Shown: positions 56,108 through 64,000 of the stretch, one piece after another
How positions within the stretch are numbered: position 1 is the stretch's first letter
Layout: every line of letters begins with the position of its first letter
NCBI GenBank assembly: GCA_964540855.1
Contig: CAZIOI010000001.1
Location: 7,081 to 71,080, forward strand
Reading direction: 5' to 3'
Source: an uncultured Candidatus Saccharibacteria bacterium
Lineage (GTDB): Bacteria; Patescibacteriota; UBA1384; DTJR01
DNA length: 64,000 nt
Program-made: the position numbers and the translations under genes
Notes under the pieces: generated by a model
The model's input: only the letters and a program-made list of their open reading frames with translations
What the model was told of the DNA's origin: nothing
The model's database searches: none

Positions 56108-57331
56108 TTATTTAAGTCTGTTGATTACCTCTTCCAACCCCAATATCTGCGTACTTTCGTCGCCTCTTCGTTTGAGTTCGATTTTTCCGTCTGTTTTTTG
56201 TGAAATTACAGCCCTGTACGGGATTCCCATCAGATCGGCATCGGCGAACTTTTCGCCGGCCGAGACTTCTCTGTCGTCAAATAGTACATCAATCCCCTGA
56301 TCTTTGAGTTTTTTGTAAATTTCCTCGGCATCCTTTTCCTCCGCCCCAAGACCAATAAGATAAACGCTATAAGGAGAAACACTCTCGGGCCACGCAAGAC
56401 CCTTGTCGTCGTGTGAAACCTCAGCCACAGCGCCCATTAAGCGCTGAACACCGATTCCATAACAGCCCATGATCACACTTTGGCGCTTGTCTTTTTCGTC
56501 AACATACTCCAGCTCAAACGGCTTGGAAAATTTGGTCTTTAGCTTAAAAATATTGCCGACTTCGATCGCCTTTTTTAACTCATAATCTTTTGATTTACAC
56601 TTGGGGCATTCGTACTCGCCCTCAACGATTTCGCGATTGGCGCCCGTAAAGCACGATCGGCATACATAAATTTCATCCTCCCCCGCCTCGGTCTCGGTTT
56701 GAAATTCATGAGAATATTTTGCAAATGTTCCACCCGAGGCATAGACAAAATATGTTTTGTCTTTTATGCCAACGCGCTCAAATATTTTCCAGTACGCCTC
56801 GGTCGCCTTCTCATAATACTCGTCCAAATCCACTTCGTCCTTGTGAAACGAGTATAAGTCCTTCATCAAAAACTCTCTGGTTCGCAAAACACCCGATTTT
56901 GCCCTCAGCTCGTTTCTAAACTTGTTTTGAATTTGAAAAATAGAAAATGGCAGGTCGCGATATGATAGGGTGAATTTCTTAGCCAAAGGAGAGACAACCT
57001 CTTCATGCGAAGCGCCAAGTCCGTACTGCTTTTCGTCGGCGCCATCGAGCTTGAAAAGTACATCCAAATTCGTCCAGCGACCGGTAGCAACCCAATTTTC
57101 TTTGGGAATAAGAGCCGGCATTAAAATTTCTTGGCCTCCGATAACCTCCATCTCTTCGCGGATAATCTGAGAAATCTTGTTGACCACTTTTAAGCCCATC
57201 GGCAAGAGCGTATAAACTCCGGCCGCGAGCTTATCGACATAGCCGGCGCGCAACAAAAGCTGGCACGAAATCGAAGTTTCGTCCTTGGGGTAGTCGCGAG
57301 ATGTTTTTGTAAAAGATTTTGAAAGTCTCAT
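56108..57331 (-). CDS. proS: Proline--tRNA ligase (short, editing-domain-less form)
   Basis: 407 aa. The N-terminus …SCQLLLRAGYVDKLAAGVYTLLPMGLKVVNKISQIIREEM…GGQEILMPALIPKENWVATGRW is ProRS-like. Class II motifs are present. Confidence 0.9.
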   Translation of the reverse strand: MRLSKSFTKTSRDYPKDETSISCQLLLRAGYVDKLAAGVYTLLPMGLKVVNKISQIIREEMEVIGGQEILMPALIPKENWVATGRWTNLDVLFKLDGADEKQYGLGASHEEVVSPLAKKFTLSYRDLPFSIFQIQNKFRNELRAKSGVLRTREFLMKDLYSFHKDEVDLDEYYEKATEAYWKIFERVGIKDKTYFVYASGGTFAKYSHEFQTETEAGEDEIYVCRSCFTGANREIVEGEYECPKCKSKDYELKKAIEVGNIFKLKTKFSKPFELEYVDEKDKRQSVIMGCYGIGVQRLMGAVAEVSHDDKGLAWPESVSPYSVYLIGLGAEEKDAEEIYKKLKDQGIDVLFDDREVSAGEKFADADLMGIPYRAVISQKTDGKIELKRRGDESTQILGLEEVINRLK

Positions 57332-57426
57332 CGATGCTTAGTTTACCAAATCAACAGGCAAAAAAAAGAGGGTCGATACGACATTACACGCTCGACCCGT
57401 GAGCCCCCCTACTGCTTCGCGCGGGC

Positions 57427-58005
57427 CTAGCCCCGCGCCTCTTTCGCCAATCCGGCGATCTGAAGAGGATTGTCTATGCGTCGTTCGCCAGGCAACCGGC
57501 GTACAGCCACGTGAGTGGCGCGTGACCGGCTCGCCAGAAGGTCGATGACAACTTCCATGGCGGCGCCCGTGACACACAGACGCTCGTCAGTGTCAGCTAC
57601 CCAGCCTATGAGGCGCGGCCCCTCCAGCGGACACCCCCTTGGAATGTCCACCCTAACTTCAACCAACTCATATTCGGGCCACCCGACCTCCAGTCGCCTC
57701 AAGCCACTAGAATGAAGACACCAGTGACCGTCTCGCCGAACAAGTTCGGCGTGCACCTTGAGAACAGTTGGCAGCAGACCCGCCTGATCAGCGAGATTCT
57801 GGCGCGCACTATCACCTATATGCACGCGTGTGCCATTCTCTACCATCGTGGCGGCCTTAACTCCGCCGTGCCGACCAAGATGGACCTGAACCACGGCATT
57901 CATCTTGGCCGGAGCTTGCGCAGTGCTTGCAGACACAAAACCGCCTCCCAATGGATACAACGTATTAAGGTGCGTCCGAAAACTCAGATCACGACAAGAT
58001 AACAA
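57427..58005 (-). CDS. GC-rich ORF inside GC-rich island C (hypothetical; possibly spurious)
   Basis: 192-codon open frame beginning at a TTG, with no ATG until codon 35. High GC suppresses stop codons in several frames (overlapping + strand ORFs 57515..57715 and 57712..58002). No recognisable family. Confidence 0.2.
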   Translation of the reverse strand: MLSCRDLSFRTHLNTLYPLGGGFVSASTAQAPAKMNAVVQVHLGRHGGVKAATMVENGTRVHIGDSARQNLADQAGLLPTVLKVHAELVRRDGHWCLHSSGLRRLEVGWPEYELVEVRVDIPRGCPLEGPRLIGWVADTDERLCVTGAAMEVVIDLLASRSRATHVAVRRLPGERRIDNPLQIAGLAKEARG

Positions 58006-58076
58006 AACAAACTGTCACAATCAAGAGCTAAGCAGCAATAAATATGAGATTGCGCACAAGATTTTTGGTCAAGCCT

Positions 58077-58104
58077 TGATTTTTCGCCAAAAATCCCTAT
58101 AATA
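58077..58104 (+). promoter_or_regulatory. Sigma70-type promoter of rpsF operon (TTGATT-16-TATAAT)
   Basis: TTGATT at 58077-58082, a 16-nt spacer, then TATAAT at 58099-58104, about 75 nt upstream of the rpsF ATG. Confidence 0.45.
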
Positions 58105-58177
58105 TACTCAAATTAATTAACTTTTCCCCACCAAGTGGGGACGAGGTCCGAAAACGGACTGGGCCAGAAAGGAAAAA
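58105..58177 (+). promoter_or_regulatory. rpsF 5' leader with two small hairpins (possible S6:S18 autoregulatory element)
   Basis: Hairpins CCCCACC-AAG-TGGGG and GTCCG-AAAA-CGGAC are followed by AGAAAGGAAAAA and the ATG. In several phyla the rpsF-ssb-rpsR leader is bound by the S6:S18 complex. Confidence 0.3.
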
Positions 58178-58753
58178 ATGCAAAATCGCTACGAGATCAC
58201 TTTTTTAGTCAAACCCGGCACAACCAACGAGGATGTGCTCTCTGTGTTGGCACAAAATAACGCTACTATAGACGCCACCAACGATATAGGAGAAAGAGAA
58301 CTCGCCTATACAATCACCAAGCACGACCGCGCTCACTATTGGTCCGTGTTGTTCGCCTGCGACCCATCCGTGCTGGTAAAGATCGAAAAAGCGCTGAGGA
58401 TCAAAAAGGATCTTTTGAGATTTTTGATAATCTCCAGATTAAGAGAAGCCGAGAAACCGATTGCCAAGCCCAAAGTGGAAACCGCCAAGGTTGTCAGCGC
58501 CGACGAGACGAAACCTGCCGTTAAAGAAGAAGTTGCAGCCCCGATTGAAAAAGTCGAAGAGAAAAAAGAAGTTGAACCGGTAGAGGTTCCAAAAACAGCC
58601 AAAAAAGTTACTAAAACCAAAAAAACAGCGGAAAACGCTTCCGAGATTAAAACAGTGTCAGAGAAAAAGTCCGCTAAACCAAAAGCAAAAAAGAAAGAAT
58701 TTTCCTCTGAAGAGCTTAACAAAAAACTTGAAGAGCTCGTCAAGGAAGATTAA
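58178..58753 (+). CDS. rpsF: 30S ribosomal protein S6 with ~90-aa Lys/Glu/Ala-rich C-terminal extension
   Basis: MQNRYEITFLVKPG…HYWSVLFACDPSVLVKIEKALRIKKDLLRFLII matches the S6 fold signature. The C-terminal low-complexity KE-rich tail is long. Confidence 0.9.
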   Translation: MQNRYEITFLVKPGTTNEDVLSVLAQNNATIDATNDIGERELAYTITKHDRAHYWSVLFACDPSVLVKIEKALRIKKDLLRFLIISRLREAEKPIAKPKVETAKVVSADETKPAVKEEVAAPIEKVEEKKEVEPVEVPKTAKKVTKTKKTAENASEIKTVSEKKSAKPKAKKKEFSSEELNKKLEELVKED

Positions 58754-58762
58754 AGGAGGCTC

Positions 58763-59230
58763 ATGTTAAATTTAAACCGAGCAATGGTCATCGGCAACGC
58801 CACCAGAGACGCCGAATTGCGTACCACCCCTAACGGACATTCTGTCGCATCATTTGCCATAGCGACAAACCGCCGTTGGAGCGACAACGGAGAAACCCGA
58901 GAAGAAGTGCAATATCATGAGATAGTCGCTTGGGGAAAATTAGCAGAAATTGCCAACCAGATCATAAAAAAAGGTACAAAGGTTTATGCCGAGGGTAGAT
59001 TGCAGACCAGATCATGGGAGGGCCAAGACGGCGCCAAGAGAGAAAGAACCGAGATCATAGCCGAAAATATTATTGCCCTTTCCGGTCGCCCGGGATCGGG
59101 CTCCGGTGGAGATTATCAGGCACCCAACGCGCCGACAGCCTCCGATAAGCCGGAGAAAAACCCTGTAAAACCTAAGGCTAAAGAAGAACCAATCGAAGAC
59201 GAGATAAACTTGGACGATATCCCGTTTTAA
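58763..59230 (+). CDS. ssb: Single-stranded DNA-binding protein
   Basis: OB-fold N-terminus (MVIGNATRDAELRTTPNGHSVASFAIATNRRW). A Gly-rich linker. An acidic C-terminal tip …DDIPF. Confidence 0.9.
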   Translation: MLNLNRAMVIGNATRDAELRTTPNGHSVASFAIATNRRWSDNGETREEVQYHEIVAWGKLAEIANQIIKKGTKVYAEGRLQTRSWEGQDGAKRERTEIIAENIIALSGRPGSGSGGDYQAPNAPTASDKPEKNPVKPKAKEEPIEDEINLDDIPF

Positions 59231-59249
59231 TAATTAGAGGAATCAAAAA

Positions 59250-59444
59250 ATGAGATGCTACGCATGCAAAAACAACATTGTAGATTTTGATCACAAAGAA
59301 TCAAGCCTCGGAAGGTATCTTTCGGGTTGGGGCAAGATTAAGACTCGCAGAGAGACCAGATTTTGCTCGAAACACCAAAGAAATCTTGCAACAGCAATAA
59401 AAAGGGCTCGTTTCTTGGCAATTTTGCCGTACACCAATAGATAA
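59250..59444 (+). CDS. rpsR: 30S ribosomal protein S18
   Basis: 64 aa. …IDFDHKESSLGRYLSGWGKIKTRRETRFCSKHQRNLATAIKRARFLAILPY matches the S18 signature. Confidence 0.9.
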   Translation: MRCYACKNNIVDFDHKESSLGRYLSGWGKIKTRRETRFCSKHQRNLATAIKRARFLAILPYTNR

Positions 59445-59488
59445 TAACTTAATCTAGCTGTAAAATAGCGAGGGAGCTACGTTTTATT

Positions 59489-60058
59489 ATGCTAAATATC
59501 AGTGATCTTCAGGTTGGCACTTTTCTCATATACAATGGCCAGCCTCACCAGTTGGCATGGAAAGAACATTCCAAGCTCGGTCGGGGCGGGGCGATTTTGC
59601 GAAGCAAACTCAAAAACCTCATCTCCGGTGCGCTTTTTGATATCACCTTCAAAGGCAACGAAAAGCTTGAAGAGGCTGATATTACGCGGGCCAAAGCGCA
59701 ATTCACCTATCGAGATCAAGGTGGGCACCATTTTATGAATATGGAAACCTACGAACAATATGATCTCTCGGATTCGGTTGTCGGTAAATCCGGAGAATTC
59801 CTCAAAGAAGGCATGGAAGTCGATGTATTAAATTGGAACTCTAACCCGATAAATGTCAATTTACCCATCAAGGTCGATCTGGAAGTCACCCAAGCGGAAC
59901 CGGCGACCAGAGGGAATACCGCTCAAGGATCGGTCAGCAAACCGGTCACGTTGGAGACCGGCGCCAAAATCCTCTCGCCTATTTTTATCTCGGTTGGCGA
60001 CATCGTCAAAGTAAACACCGAAACCGGCGAATACGTTGAGAGGGTGAGCAAAAGGTAG
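59489..60058 (+). CDS. efp: Elongation factor P (Arg at the modification-loop position)
   Basis: 189 aa with three OB/KOW-like domains. The loop HSKLGRGGAILRSKL aligns to E. coli VKPGKGQAFARVKL, placing Arg where E. coli has Lys34. Confidence 0.9.
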   Translation: MLNISDLQVGTFLIYNGQPHQLAWKEHSKLGRGGAILRSKLKNLISGALFDITFKGNEKLEEADITRAKAQFTYRDQGGHHFMNMETYEQYDLSDSVVGKSGEFLKEGMEVDVLNWNSNPINVNLPIKVDLEVTQAEPATRGNTAQGSVSKPVTLETGAKILSPIFISVGDIVKVNTETGEYVERVSKR

Positions 60059-60064
60059 AAAAAT

Positions 60065-61324
60065 ATGTTGAATTACAATCTTAAAACTCTCCCCAACGGT
60101 CTGAGATTGGCCAGCGCGCCGGTTGACTCTACCGAGGCAGTCACGATTTTAATCTTGGTGGGAACCGGAGGGCGATTTGAGACAGCCGAGCAATCGGGAA
60201 TCTCTCATTTTCTCGAGCATCTATTTTTTAAAGGTTCGAAAAAATATCCAAGCGCATTCGAGATTACAAGCGAACTCGAATCAATCGGCGCGGATTACAA
60301 TGCTTTTACCGGAGAGGAAGAAACGGGGTTCTACGTCCAATCGAATGCCAGCGATTTTCCCAAGGCGTTTGATGTCATATCGGACATGTTTCTAGAGCCG
60401 ATTTTCGATCCCAATGAGTTGGAGAAAGAGAGAGGAGTCATTTTGCAGGAAGCGAATATGTATCGCGATACTCCTCAGGCGCATGTCCAGAATCTCAACC
60501 AGCAACAGCTCTTTTTAGGCCAACCGCTCGGAATGGATCTGATCGGCAGCACCAAAAATATAAAAACAATCAGCGTTGATGAGATTAAAAACTATCGCGA
60601 GTTACAATATAGTGCTAAAAATACCATCGTCGTTATTTGCGGCAAAGCCGCCGACAAATACGAAAAAATTGTTGAACAAAAGTTTTCCGCGGTGAAATCC
60701 GGGCAGAAAAATGCCTTTAAACCGTTTGATAACACAACCAAGCCACAAGATTTTCTTAAAGAAAGCCGCAAGGTTGATCAAACGCATTTCGTGCTGTCTT
60801 ATCTATCTTGTGCCAAAGACAGCCCAAAGAAATATCCTCTGGCAATTCTAAATGTCATCTTGGGCTCCGGTATGTCCAGCAGACTCTCGATCGAAATCAG
60901 AGAAAAAAGAGGGCTTGCCTATTATATATATTCGAGTGTTTCGCAATATTTTGATACCGGTTCATTTACAATATCCGGCGGGATTAAACCTGATAAACTC
61001 GACGAAACTCTCGACATAATCAACCGCGAGATAGAAGACATCAAAAAAAACGGACCAAGTGCAATCGAACTCGAGAGAGCAAAGGGTAACTTGCGCGGTC
61101 AATTGGCCCTGTCTTTAGAGCAATCATTTAAGATTGCTTCTTACATAGCCGAAAATCTTTATTATTATGGCGAAGTCAGGGATTTGCAGGAAACAATCGA
61201 GAGACTAAACCGCGTAACCATCGGCGATGTACAGTCCTTGGCCAATGAGATTTTTAACCCCAACAAAAAAGCCCTCTCGGTCATAGGGCAGGGTAACGCA
61301 AAACGTAAAACGTATAGCGTATAA
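60065..61324 (+). CDS. Peptidase M16 (pitrilysin/insulinase-like) family protein
   Basis: HFLEHLFFKGS (HxxEH inverzincin motif) with the downstream Glu (…EETG…). 419 aa. Confidence 0.8.
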   Translation: MLNYNLKTLPNGLRLASAPVDSTEAVTILILVGTGGRFETAEQSGISHFLEHLFFKGSKKYPSAFEITSELESIGADYNAFTGEEETGFYVQSNASDFPKAFDVISDMFLEPIFDPNELEKERGVILQEANMYRDTPQAHVQNLNQQQLFLGQPLGMDLIGSTKNIKTISVDEIKNYRELQYSAKNTIVVICGKAADKYEKIVEQKFSAVKSGQKNAFKPFDNTTKPQDFLKESRKVDQTHFVLSYLSCAKDSPKKYPLAILNVILGSGMSSRLSIEIREKRGLAYYIYSSVSQYFDTGSFTISGGIKPDKLDETLDIINREIEDIKKNGPSAIELERAKGNLRGQLALSLEQSFKIASYIAENLYYYGEVRDLQETIERLNRVTIGDVQSLANEIFNPNKKALSVIGQGNAKRKTYSV

Positions 61325-61373
61325 CTGTTGTGTCGCTACGCGACGATTATGAATAAGTTTTTGAAATATACGC

Positions 61374-61431
61374 TGTGGTTATACGTTTTTCGTTTTACGT
61401 TATACGTTAACTTGTTGTGGTTATACGTTTT
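61374..61431. repeat. Direct repeats TGTGGTTATACGTTTT x2 flanking ACGTTATACGTT (TATACGTT/AACGTATA motif cluster)
   Basis: An exact 16-nt direct repeat at 61374-61389 and 61416-61431. The internal GTTTTACGTTATACGTT (61392-61408) is the exact reverse complement of AACGTATAACGTAAAAC at 11532-11548. Confidence 0.4.
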
Positions 61432-61507
61432 GATTTAATATATCGTCTTTTATCTGTCCTGTTTTTTTGGTAAAATCGATCCAATAAATAATAAATTCAG
61501 GAGAACT

Positions 61508-61975
61508 ATGGAGAAAACACTCGTTATCATCAAACCGGACGCAGTCAACAGAGGTTTGACCGGCGAAGTCATCACTCGTTTTGAACAAAAGGGACTTAAA
61601 CTTGTAGCGATGAAAATGAAGGTCCTGCACGACAAAGAGCTAGAGGAACACTACGCTCATCATAAAGCAAAGCCTTTTTTCAAAGATTTGGTTGATTTTA
61701 TGAAACACGCTCCCGCAATCCTTATGGTATGGGAGGGCGTGCGGGCTGTTGACGCGGTCAGATTTCTGACCGGTTCAACTTACGGTGTTGAGGCCGCGCC
61801 CGGTACGATAAGAGGAGATTTATCGCTCAGCCGCTCAAACACCATCATTCACGCGTCCGATTCGGCAGAAAATGCCAAGATCGAGATAAATAGATTTTTC
61901 AGCCCGACCGAGATAACTGATTACACCAGAATAGATTGGACCGAAGTTTATTCGACCGACGAACGAGAGGATTAA
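61508..61975 (+). CDS. ndk: Nucleoside diphosphate kinase
   Basis: MEKTLVIIKPDAVNRGLTGEVITRFEQKGLKLVAMK… and the NIIHASDS active-site His region. Confidence 0.95.
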   Translation: MEKTLVIIKPDAVNRGLTGEVITRFEQKGLKLVAMKMKVLHDKELEEHYAHHKAKPFFKDLVDFMKHAPAILMVWEGVRAVDAVRFLTGSTYGVEAAPGTIRGDLSLSRSNTIIHASDSAENAKIEINRFFSPTEITDYTRIDWTEVYSTDERED

Positions 61976-63081
61976 TGATTTTTTTGTGGCTTGTCATCGC
62001 CGCAATTGCAAGCTCTATCGGATCATTTGCTTTTTTTCGTTGGTCGCAAAAGACCGGTTTAGGACAACAAAAACCGCGTTCTCGTGATATTCACAACAGA
62101 CCGACTCCGCGAATAGGCGGTTTTGGTATAGTTGGAACTTTTTTAATCCTGATGGTCGCTGTCATAATTCTATTTGGCGATCGGTCTTGGGGCGATTTTG
62201 GCTTCCCTTACAAAATTTTTTCTGTTGCCGCCGACAAAAGATTACTCGGAATACTTCTCGCCACTATCGTTCTCTCGATCATTATGGTTTACGACGATCT
62301 CAAGGGCGCTTCCGCGCCGGTAAAGCTGATTTTTCAAATATTCTCGGCTGTAATTCTGATTTTTGCCGGCGTGGGCTTGGTTTATTTCAATAATCCGTTT
62401 GGCGATACTATTTATCTAAACTCGCTTAAAATCCCCCTGCAGATCGGAGCAGACATATATCATCTGGTTTTTTGGGCGGATCTGTTTTTTGTTCTCTGGG
62501 TTCTGATGCTCACCAACGCAACTAATTTTATCGACGGTCTCGACGGACTGGCTGCAACATTGAGCCTTATCTCAATTTCGATAATAGGTGTTTTAAGCTA
62601 TTCGATGGGACAAATGTCAACAGCGCTTATGTGCGCCATTCTGTCAGGTGCGATAATCGGCTTTTTGCCCCTTAACTTGCCCATAGGAGGTCGCGCCAAA
62701 ATGTTCCTCGGCGACACGGGGGCGATGTTTTTGGGATTATTGCTGGCAATTTTAACCGTTATTAGCGGAGGCAAGCTGGCAACGGTCTTGTTGGTCTTTG
62801 GTCTCGCCATACTTGACGCCCTTTATGTCATAGCAAAACGCCTTATCGGGGGTAAAAACCCTCTAACCACCGCCGACCAAAGCCACCTTCATCACCGATT
62901 CATTCGCGCCGGCTTCTCAAAGCTGGCAACGCTCGGCATAATCACCGGATTTTCTTTACTGTTTGGTCTGTCGGGACTGGTGTTTACAGGGAGAATAAAG
63001 ATATATCTTTTGATCGCCTTAGTTGCAGGGGCGTTTATAATGTTTTATTCATTAGATAGAAAAATTACAAAATCAAAATAA
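61975..63081 (+). CDS. Polyprenyl-phosphate N-acetylhexosamine-1-phosphate transferase (MraY/WecA/TagO family, WecA-like)
   Basis: PTPRIGG motif (Arg form, which is WecA/TagO-like), NATNFIDGLDGLA and DTGAMFLG motifs. ~10 TM segments. The start ATG overlaps the ndk stop (TAATG at 61973-61977). Confidence 0.8.
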   Translation: MIFLWLVIAAIASSIGSFAFFRWSQKTGLGQQKPRSRDIHNRPTPRIGGFGIVGTFLILMVAVIILFGDRSWGDFGFPYKIFSVAADKRLLGILLATIVLSIIMVYDDLKGASAPVKLIFQIFSAVILIFAGVGLVYFNNPFGDTIYLNSLKIPLQIGADIYHLVFWADLFFVLWVLMLTNATNFIDGLDGLAATLSLISISIIGVLSYSMGQMSTALMCAILSGAIIGFLPLNLPIGGRAKMFLGDTGAMFLGLLLAILTVISGGKLATVLLVFGLAILDALYVIAKRLIGGKNPLTTADQSHLHHRFIRAGFSKLATLGIITGFSLLFGLSGLVFTGRIKIYLLIALVAGAFIMFYSLDRKITKSK

Positions 63082-63099
63082 TAGACTAAGATTAATTGT

Positions 63100-63576
63100 A
63101 TGATAATAGATTCGTTTGACGGGCAAAGACCTGATGAAAAAATAATCGCTGTTTGGCGGCGCCATCCTTTTGTTTTATCCAAAGCCGGATTTATTATAGT
63201 CGGTCTGGCATTATTGGGCTCCGTGCCCCTAGCTATGGACTGGGGCAATTGGGCTGTAGGCTTTCTGATTTTTGTCTTAGCGTGCACAGGGCTTTATGGT
63301 TTGATAAATTACTGGCTCTGGCTAAATACCATATTTATCCTGACAAACCAGAGGGTTTTCGCCATTTACCAAAAACGATTGCTCTTTAGAACAAATAATG
63401 AAGTGCCGCTGGAAAACATCCAAAATGTTTCGCACGCGAAGCACGGTGTATTCGAGATGCTGATGGATTTTGGTGACGTCGAGGTTGAGACCTCCGGTGC
63501 AAAAACGGCAATGGAGATCAAAGATGTTCCAAACCCTTACTTTGTCCAGCAAAAAATTTTGAGCAAAGAAAAATAA
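63100..63576 (+). CDS. Bacterial PH-domain (bPH_2/YdbS-like) membrane protein
   Basis: 158 aa. Two N-terminal TM helices followed by a ~90-aa beta-rich domain (…ILTNQRVFAIYQKRLLFRTNNEVPLENIQNV…), as in DUF304/bPH_2 proteins. Confidence 0.6.
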   Translation: MIIDSFDGQRPDEKIIAVWRRHPFVLSKAGFIIVGLALLGSVPLAMDWGNWAVGFLIFVLACTGLYGLINYWLWLNTIFILTNQRVFAIYQKRLLFRTNNEVPLENIQNVSHAKHGVFEMLMDFGDVEVETSGAKTAMEIKDVPNPYFVQQKILSKEK

Positions 63577-63603
63577 GAAAAATAAATGACAGGGTTATGA
63601 ATT

Positions 63604-63633
63604 ATATCTTTTTCACGATCGTGAAAAAGATAT
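63604..63633. terminator. Perfect 30-bp palindrome between convergent genes (bidirectional terminator candidate)
   Basis: ATATCTTTTTCACGA|TCGTGAAAAAGATAT is a 15+15 perfect inverted repeat centred on GATC. It lies between the stop at 63576 (+) and the stop at 63656 (-). Both arms are A/T-rich. Confidence 0.5.
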
Positions 63634-63655
63634 AAAAGCCAACTTTCTTAAAACC

Positions 63656-64000
63656 TTATAATCCAAATCTTTTTCTAAGCGAAGTATCATCATCGTTTTT
63701 TACGCTTGTCGCTTCTAGAAAATTCACATATTTTTCCACGCCACATGCATAACGTAGATCATCGAGGGCGTCAAAATCCGCAAATGGGCAGACAAAGACA
63801 CTGTTTTGGAGCTTTACAAATCCATTCCTCATCAAATGAGATCTAAGCATGTCTCGGCCGCCTCTCAACCTTTCTGGGATATCAAAAATGACAACTCGCC
63901 ACTTTCCATCCCATTTGCCATTTTTTTGAGATTTATTTTGAAAATTCAAAAATTTGATTTTTCTTTTGCCTTTGGGGGTGATTAAAAAACCACTCTCCTG
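63656..64000 (-). CDS. PaaX_C-like domain protein (N-terminus beyond window edge)
   Basis: …WDGKWRVVIFDIPERLRGGRDMLRSHLMRNGFVKLQNSVFVCPF… matches the W-G-W…FDIPE…R..LR..L…GF…SVW/F pattern of the PaaX C-terminal domain. The reading frame stays open to position 64000. The track start is a TTG. Confidence 0.5.
   Translation of the reverse strand, partial: QESGFLITPKGKRKIKFLNFQNKSQKNGKWDGKWRVVIFDIPERLRGGRDMLRSHLMRNGFVKLQNSVFVCPFADFDALDDLRYACGVEKYVNFLEATSVKNDDDTSLRKRFGL

Noticed and set aside
57515-58002. Strand ORFs 57515..57715 and 57712..58002 in GC-rich island C
   Set aside because: They overlap the longer minus-strand frame. Composition is R/S/T/P-rich and GC-driven, with no ribosome-binding sites. 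Most likely artefacts of high GC.
63656-63949. Cas2 (CRISPR adaptation nuclease) assignment for the 97-aa ORF
   Set aside because: The VVIFDI…LQNSVF…C pattern resembles Cas2. However, WDGKW and FDIPE fit the PaaX C-terminal domain better, and no cas1 or repeat-spacer array is visible. No CRISPR array is present anywhere in the window.

Overview
This is an AT-rich bacterial chromosomal segment that uses the standard genetic code. Gene content and style fit a small-genome Patescibacteria (CPR)-like organism, which is an inference from gene content and protein extensions. Genes are tightly packed and often overlap by 1-23 nt.

From 0 to 30 kb and from 56 to 64 kb the window holds housekeeping genes: rnj (partial), a family-4 uracil-DNA glycosylase, the rpsO-pnp operon, an nrnA-like DHH phosphoesterase, rpsT, lepB, clpC, holA, a 5'-3' exonuclease, pheS-pheT, murE next to a FemAB-family gene, tsaD, a polysaccharide deacetylase, a VanW-family protein, hppA, proS, the rpsF-ssb-rpsR operon, efp, an M16 peptidase, ndk and a WecA/MraY-family transferase.

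From 30.5 to 46.4 kb there is a ~16 kb cell-envelope glycan biosynthesis cluster. It carries four GT4 genes, a GT2 polyprenol-phosphate glycosyltransferase, a 1032-aa GT2-membrane fusion, a GT-C (PMT/ArnT-like) gene, two Wzx flippases, two tandem Wzy/O-antigen-ligase-like genes, GtrA and a secreted clan GH-A-like hydrolase.

The most unusual locus is a five-gene, co-directional, overlapping operon at 46.9-56.1 kb. It encodes two giant polytopic membrane proteins of 997 and 949 aa. These are paralogs of each other and of a third, 981-aa protein at 11.8-14.7 kb. All three have a VirB6/TrbL-like topology with very long coiled-coil C-terminal domains. The operon also encodes a bitopic membrane protein, a small secreted cysteine-containing protein with no ATG start, and an acidic cytoplasmic protein carrying an HEIGH (HExxH) metallopeptidase-like motif. 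No ATPase, relaxase or pilin is visible within the window, so a secretion or host-interaction function is speculative.

Several other anomalies are recorded below. Three GC-rich islands (~18.2-18.4, 24.9-25.5 and 57.3-58.0 kb) sit in intergenic regions of an otherwise AT-rich sequence. A GC-rich, hairpin-dense intergenic block at 46.4-46.8 kb probably encodes one or two small RNAs, one of which has a signal-recognition-particle (SRP) RNA-like motif. The 5' end of tsaD is duplicated around a hairpin. Hairpin and ACGTATA-type motifs recur at distant loci. EF-P carries Arg at its modification site.
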